Origin: an uncultured Candidatus Saccharibacteria bacterium
Lineage (GTDB): Bacteria; Patescibacteriota; Dojkabacteria; SC72
Reading direction: 5' to 3'
Assembly: GCA_964618765.1 (NCBI GenBank)
Contig: CAZUDZ010000002.1
Span: 3,166-64,128, forward strand
Length of the DNA stretch: 60,963 nt
In this document: piece after piece, positions 55,685-60,963 of the stretch
How the letters are laid out: every line of letters starts with the position of its first letter
Numbering within the stretch: position 1 is the first letter of the stretch
Position numbers and translations under genes: made by a program
Notes under the pieces: model-generated
Told to the model about the DNA's origin: nothing
Databases searched by the model: none
Seen by the model: the letters and a program-made list of their open reading frames with translations, nothing else

Positions 55685-56915
55685 TGCTGTTTTTTACTTT
55701 AGTATCATACACAAATTTAGCTAAAGAAGCGGGGGTTACATCAAAAAGATATCTTAAATTACCACTATTGTCCTTAATGTTGTCAAGATTTTCTGGAGTG
55801 AAGAATTCTATTTTAGGTACGACAGGGAATGGAAGAAATTTTTTCCAAGGGAATTCTAGCATAACTTCCTTTATTTCTGGCAAGAGTGCTCCTCCTCCAC
55901 AAAGGTATATTTGTGTAGGAAAAGAAGAGATATCATCGCAGTAACTAAAGGCTGACCGAAGGGTCTTCATCCACAGTTTAGCAACAGGGTATACGATCTT
56001 TTGAATATCTCGAGCTAACTCTTTGTTTAGTTCCTTTTTGGAATACTTAATTTTACGTTGCTCGGCAAAGCGATATTCTAAATCCAGCATCTTAGCAATT
56101 TCCTTTGTGAAAGTTCTACCTCCAAAGGCGAACATCTTTGTTTCAACAACATTTCCTTTCTCTACAATTGCTAAATCTGTAGTTCCTCCTCCTATATCTA
56201 TGAAAATGGCAGAAAAGTCCCTGTTGGTAGATCCAGAATATGCTCTCGCCACAGAGAATGGTTGGGATACAATGTTTAAAACTTGCATTTTAAGTTCCGA
56301 GGCAACTTTTTTAAGTGCTTCTGTATATGTTTTAGGAGCGAAAGAAGCGTAGAAGTTGAGTCTTACATCCCTACCTTTATATCCAACAAGGGAGTCAACA
56401 GGCATTCCCCCTATCTCCAATCCTGTCTGTGTAATATGTAATATTTCTATGTCCTCGTTGGTAAGTCCAATTCTTTGACTTAGATCCTCCTTCCCACTTA
56501 TCTCTATCTTGTTTTGTATTTGTGCAAGAATCTTTCTTTCCTCTTTTTCTGTTACCTCTTTCTCGTAGTTTACCTCTCTTTGGTAGTTCACTACGATGGA
56601 GACTCCTTGAATATATTCTCCAGCAATTCCCATTATGACTTTTTGTGGATATTCATCTTGTGGGACTTTGTCATTTAACTCTGAAATTGTAAGTCTACAG
56701 TTTTCTAAAACAGTATCTAAATTCTTAATGATGCCACTTTTCATTGCATGTTGCTGTTGCTCTATTCTAGAAACTTTTTTAACTTTAACCCCAAGGTCGT
56801 CGACGGTAAAAAGCAAACTTTTAAGTTTCTCTGTTCCGATATCTAAAGCAACAATATTTTCCCCCTCGATCAAATCTTTTTTGGAGGACATTTTCAAAAA
56901 AGGCAGATTCAGCAT
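55677..56915 (-). CDS. FtsA/PilM-like actin-family ATPase
   Basis: VALDIGTEK, FIDIGGGTTD, FGGRTFTKEI and YLCGGGA. Confidence 0.85.
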   Translation of the reverse strand: MLNLPFLKMSSKKDLIEGENIVALDIGTEKLKSLLFTVDDLGVKVKKVSRIEQQQHAMKSGIIKNLDTVLENCRLTISELNDKVPQDEYPQKVIMGIAGEYIQGVSIVVNYQREVNYEKEVTEKEERKILAQIQNKIEISGKEDLSQRIGLTNEDIEILHITQTGLEIGGMPVDSLVGYKGRDVRLNFYASFAPKTYTEALKKVASELKMQVLNIVSQPFSVARAYSGSTNRDFSAIFIDIGGGTTDLAIVEKGNVVETKMFAFGGRTFTKEIAKMLDLEYRFAEQRKIKYSKKELNKELARDIQKIVYPVAKLWMKTLRSAFSYCDDISSFPTQIYLCGGGALLPEIKEVMLEFPWKKFLPFPVVPKIEFFTPENLDNIKDNSGNLRYLFDVTPASLAKFVYDTKVKNSNG

Positions 56916-56953
56916 ATGGAAAGTATAGCATATTTAGACTATTTGTAGAGGGT

Positions 56954-58639
56954 CTAGATTATTGCAATAAGGATGATTGGTTCTCTTTCCGTTTTTTTAT
57001 AAATCACTCGACTGAGTTCTCTTTCTAATTTTTTAATTAGAACTTTTTCTTCAAACCTATTACCTTTTTGGGAGAAATTAACCCAATCTCTATGGATATC
57101 AAAGATTAGATTCTCGATTTCTTTCAGTAGTTCGTGTGATCCTTTTAAATATATGAAGCCTCTGGAAAGGAATCTTGGTCTGCCTATGATCTTTTTATTC
57201 TTAGAGCTTAGGTTGAGAACTACTGTGAACATTCCAAATTCAGAAAGTTGCTTTCTATCTTTAAGAACAATGTCCCCTATATCCCCAACTCCTAAACCGT
57301 CAATAAGGATAGGTTTAGATTCTATTTTTGTTCCTCTATTCCAGTAATTACCATTGTATGTCCAAAATTGGCCATCCTCTGTTAAGAACACCTTGTTCTC
57401 GGGAAAGCCCCATTTTACAAGATTCTTTTTATGGAAATATCTAAATGTTAATGATCCATGAACAGGCATAATATGGTTAGGTTTTATTAATTCAACCATC
57501 ATTTTCATATCTTCTTGGTTCCCATGGCCTGTGGAGTGAATTTTTGTGTCTTCACTATCTTTAATTAATTCTATTCCAAAACCTAGGAGTCTATCGGTCA
57601 TTCTCTCAATCTTCGTTATATTCTCAGGTATTTCAGAAGAAGAAAGGATTACTAAATCGCCCTTTTTAAGTTTAATGTATTTATGTTCATTAAGAGAGAT
57701 TCTGTTAAGAGCGGCGTATCTTTCTCCTTGACTTCCGGTGGAGAGAATCATTAACTCTTTGTCAGGGTATTTCTTCATATCTCTCTCTTTCACGATATAT
57801 TTATCCTCTATATTTATATATCTCTTCTCTCTTGCAATTTTTATTGTTTGCTCTAAGCTTCTCCCAGAGAGAACAACTTTTCTGTTAGTTCTCTTTGCAA
57901 TCTCTATTAGAGAGTAAAGCCTTGTAATGAGAGAGGAGAATGCGGAGATAATAACTCTACCGTTATGTTTCGCAATTATGTCCTGCAAGTTGTTTGCGAT
58001 ATCTGTTTCAGAAGGAGCCTTTCCGGGAGTGGATACATTAGTACTCTCCATTAATGCTAGGTCAATCCTTCCTCTTAAACTTCTTAATTTTTCATAATCA
58101 CTTTGAGGTTCATTCGCAGGAGTCTTGTCAAATTTGTAGTCTCCCGAGAAGAAAATATTTCCTTTGGGGGTTTCTAAAAATATTGAGAAAGCATCCGGGA
58201 TACTGTGATTTACACCAATGAAAGAAGCTTTGAAGTACTGGCCAATGTTTACTGTTGATTTTCTATCTATTCCAATAATTTTAACTTTCTTGTCCATATC
58301 ATACTCTTTCATCTTTTCTTCAATTAGAGCTTTCGCAAAACCACCTGCATATACAGGGGGAAAATCCAGCTCTGGCAAGATCCATCTTAATGCGCCAGTA
58401 TGGTCAAGATGACCATGCGTTATTAATATGGCTTTTACCTTTTTCTTATTCTTTTTTAAATATCTTGTGTTTGGTATGACATAGTCGATACCATACATTT
58501 CTTGTCCAGGGAATGAGTACCCTGCATCTATCATCACTATTTCGTCTTTGTATTCTACAAAGTTGGAATTTCTTCCAATTTCTGTAGTCCCAGAGAGTGT
58601 ACATAGCTGAAGTAGATCGTTTCTTGTATTCTTATTCAT
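56954..58639 (-). CDS. rnj: Ribonuclease J
   Basis: EIGRN, ITHGHLDHTG, VNHSIPD, GDYKFD, STGSQGE, HSTGHG and MPVHG. Confidence 0.96.
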   Translation of the reverse strand: MNKNTRNDLLQLCTLSGTTEIGRNSNFVEYKDEIVMIDAGYSFPGQEMYGIDYVIPNTRYLKKNKKKVKAILITHGHLDHTGALRWILPELDFPPVYAGGFAKALIEEKMKEYDMDKKVKIIGIDRKSTVNIGQYFKASFIGVNHSIPDAFSIFLETPKGNIFFSGDYKFDKTPANEPQSDYEKLRSLRGRIDLALMESTNVSTPGKAPSETDIANNLQDIIAKHNGRVIISAFSSLITRLYSLIEIAKRTNRKVVLSGRSLEQTIKIAREKRYINIEDKYIVKERDMKKYPDKELMILSTGSQGERYAALNRISLNEHKYIKLKKGDLVILSSSEIPENITKIERMTDRLLGFGIELIKDSEDTKIHSTGHGNQEDMKMMVELIKPNHIMPVHGSLTFRYFHKKNLVKWGFPENKVFLTEDGQFWTYNGNYWNRGTKIESKPILIDGLGVGDIGDIVLKDRKQLSEFGMFTVVLNLSSKNKKIIGRPRFLSRGFIYLKGSHELLKEIENLIFDIHRDWVNFSQKGNRFEEKVLIKKLERELSRVIYKKTEREPIILIAII

Positions 58640-58800
58640 CGTTTATTTAATTATATTATCTATATATCTTTTACCACCTGCTAAATTATACAGGTTTAAA
58701 AGACTCTGTGTGAGGAAAATAATCAGGAGAAAATTATCTGAATTTACAAAGTTGTGTATTCTAACACAAACGGAAGCTTTTATCGAGTAAATCCCCCCTG

Positions 58801-58888
58801 GGGTCTGGCACGGGTCTGTGCCTCCAGCCCTTTTCCCTTACTCCGACGGCCTTTTAGCTGCTTGGGGTCTGACCCTGGGTCTGACCCT
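58801..58888. repeat. GC-rich GGGTCTG palindromic repeat cluster
   Basis: GGGTCTGGCAC (58801), GGGTCTGTGCC (58812) and tandem GGGTCTGACCCT x2 (58865-58888), in an otherwise AT-rich intergenic region. Confidence 0.7.
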
Positions 58889-58930
58889 GAGTGTTGCTTG
58901 GTATGATATAATGGGCATTACTCGTAGGAT

Positions 58931-60963
58931 ATGAAAGAATTACCAAAAGCTTACAATTCCGATGCTGAAGTCGATATATACTCTCTGTGGAGCGATTCTG
59001 GACTCGCAAACCCAGATAAAATGGAGGAATATCTTGAGGAAAAGGGTTTGCAAGTTAAAGAGCCCTTTACGATAACACTTCCCCCTCCCAATGCGAATGG
59101 GAATTTACATCTAGGCCATGTATGTGGCTACTCCTTCCACGATGTAATGGGTAGATATATGAGAATGACAGGCCATCCTACCCTACTTCTTCCTGGAAAA
59201 GATCATGCCGGGATTCAAACAGAAAGCGTTTTTACTAAGCTGCTTAAAAAGCAGGGCAAAACAAAACAAGAGTTAGGAAGAGAGAAATTCTATGAAGAAG
59301 CATACAAGTTCTGTATGCAAAACGTTGAGAATGCTAGAAAACAAGAAAAGAGAATAGGACTTTCAGCAGACTATAGTAGGGAGCTCTTTACTTTGGATCC
59401 TAGGTTAACAACAATTGTCTACGAAACATTCTTCCAGATGTTTAAAGATGAGATGATATATCGAGATAAACGCATCATTAACCAATGTCCCAACTGTATG
59501 ACAGCCCTTGCAGATATCGATGTGGAGCATGAAGAAACCAGAGGAATTTTCGCATATATAGTATATCCATTTGTTGAAAAAGAGGATAGGAAATTAGCCA
59601 AAGAGAAACTAGGAGTAGAAGGAATTACGATAGCAACTACAAGGCCAGAAACAATGCTAGGAGATACAGCTGTTGTTGTTAATCCTGAAGACCAAAGATA
59701 CAAAGAGTTTGTTGGTAAAAAAGTGCTTCTCCCAATAGTGGAAAGGGCAATCTCTGTGATAGCTGATCAGAATACAGATATGGAAATAGGTACAGGTGCA
59801 GTTAAGGTTACACCTGCACACTCTCCAGTGGATTTTGAAATTGGTAAAAAACATAATCTGCAGATTGTTAATGTAATTAACGAAGAAGGCAAAATGAGTG
59901 GAGATATCCCTGAGAGATTTAAAGGGATGGAAACGGTTGAATGTTCTAAGGCTCTTTGTAAAGAGTTGGAAAGTCAAGGTTTGTTGATCAAAATAGAAGA
60001 TATTAAACACGAGGTAACCGTATGTGAAAGATGTAGAACCCCGATAGAGCCAATTATTTCCAATCAGTGGTATTTGAATGTCTCTTCTCTGGCAAAGCAG
60101 GCTTTAAGAGAGATTAAAAAAGGAAGCCTTAAGGTGTATCCAAAAGGACAGCAGAAAGCTCTTGGACACTTTTTTGAAAACATCGAACCTTGGTGTATAT
60201 CTCGCCAGCTTTGGTGGGGTCAAAGAATTCCAATTTGGTATAGCGGAGGGAAGAAATTACATGATTGGTTACAAGAAAATGAGGAGAAGACAGTTAAAGA
60301 TTATGAAGAAGAAACGGGATTAAAGGCTGAAGGAACAGGAGAAGTTCGAGCAGTTGGAGAAATGCCTAAACCTGAGAATGGAGAAATTTGGGAGGAAGAA
60401 ACAGATGTCTTGGACACTTGGTTTAGCTCAGGACAATGGCCATTCTCGACCCTGCAAGCTTTACAAGCAACGGATTTTAAAAAATATTACCCTACTCAAA
60501 TGATGATTCATGCAAGAGATATTCTCTTCTGGTGGTCAGCTAGAATGGTCATGATGGGTCTATACAAAACAAACGAACTGCCTTTTTCAGATATCTTCTT
60601 AACAGGAATGATTTTAGCCCCCGATGGCTCTAAGATGTCTAAATCAAAGGGTAACAGTGTAGAACCAAAGGAAATTTTTGAGAAGTATGGGGCAGATGCT
60701 TTAAGACTTTGGTATTACTCAGATGCTTTGCCCGGAGCAAATGCTCCCGTAAGAGAGGAAAAGATTAAAGGGAACAGGAACTTTGTGAATAAGGTATGGA
60801 ACGCGAGCAGGTTTGTAATTATGAATATAGATAAAAGTGAAATCAACGATATTGCTAAGATTAGAGAGGAAGAAATAGGAGATACGGATAGAGTTAAGTT
60901 AACAAAAGAACATATTAAGAAGATCAGTCAATATATTGAAAAGTATCAGTTTAATTTGGGAGC
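58931..60963 (+). CDS. valS: Valyl-tRNA synthetase, partial (runs off right edge)
   Basis: Read by hand: MKELPKAY..., PPPNANGNLHLGH (HIGH), PGKDHAGI, ATTRPETMLGD, WCISRQLWWG, DVLDTWFSSG and KMSKSKGN. Confidence 0.97.
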   Translation, partial: MKELPKAYNSDAEVDIYSLWSDSGLANPDKMEEYLEEKGLQVKEPFTITLPPPNANGNLHLGHVCGYSFHDVMGRYMRMTGHPTLLLPGKDHAGIQTESVFTKLLKKQGKTKQELGREKFYEEAYKFCMQNVENARKQEKRIGLSADYSRELFTLDPRLTTIVYETFFQMFKDEMIYRDKRIINQCPNCMTALADIDVEHEETRGIFAYIVYPFVEKEDRKLAKEKLGVEGITIATTRPETMLGDTAVVVNPEDQRYKEFVGKKVLLPIVERAISVIADQNTDMEIGTGAVKVTPAHSPVDFEIGKKHNLQIVNVINEEGKMSGDIPERFKGMETVECSKALCKELESQGLLIKIEDIKHEVTVCERCRTPIEPIISNQWYLNVSSLAKQALREIKKGSLKVYPKGQQKALGHFFENIEPWCISRQLWWGQRIPIWYSGGKKLHDWLQENEEKTVKDYEEETGLKAEGTGEVRAVGEMPKPENGEIWEEETDVLDTWFSSGQWPFSTLQALQATDFKKYYPTQMMIHARDILFWWSARMVMMGLYKTNELPFSDIFLTGMILAPDGSKMSKSKGNSVEPKEIFEKYGADALRLWYYSDALPGANAPVREEKIKGNRNFVNKVWNASRFVIMNIDKSEINDIAKIREEEIGDTDRVKLTKEHIKKISQYIEKYQFNLG

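Noticed and set aside
931-60010. Many short ORFs antisense to or nested within long genes (e.g. 6600..6929, 7044..7538, 16289..16726, 54861..55250)
   Set aside because: They show the Ser/Phe/Leu-rich composition expected from the reverse strand of Lys/Glu-rich genes, with no motifs or start signals.
1-60963. Possible stop-codon recoding (code 25, as in Gracilibacteria)
   Set aside because: Long genes are intact under code 11 and TGA ends real genes (e.g. 41659-41661). The only suspicious internal stop is a TAA.
1-60963. CRISPR array or cas genes
   Set aside because: No repeat-spacer periodicity was seen. The Cas4-like motif belongs to a UvrD fusion.

Overview
An origin-proximal chromosomal window from an AT-rich, reduced-genome bacterium. 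Gene content is typical of the Candidate Phyla Radiation/Patescibacteria; it resembles Dojkabacteria, but that is inference from memory, not a search result. It uses the standard code (TGA acts as a stop). The window holds the dnaA-oriC-dnaN/rpmH-rnpA-yidD-yidC-jag core and housekeeping genes (polA, ATP-dependent ligase, ftsH, efp, smpB, nfo, rnj, partial valS). RNA genes are tmRNA and seven tRNAs. Accessory parts are a cell-wall/surface cluster at the left edge, five tandem VirB2/TrbC-like pilins with a VirB4/TraG-like ATPase nearby, and a 9-kb block between tRNA-Ser and tmRNA. No CRISPR array, intact IS element or prophage was seen. Best leads: (1) a tRNA-Ile with a UAU anticodon; (2) an ArsR / glutaredoxin-membrane protein / Cys-His helical protein / poly-Lys-CC micropeptide operon; (3) the pilin array coupled to undecaprenol kinase and a SpoIID enzyme; (4) about a dozen genes that look leaderless; (5) a 30-codon tmRNA tag; (6) an FtsA-like ATPase coupled to a baseplate-J-like membrane protein. 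All family calls come from motif recognition by eye, with no database search.
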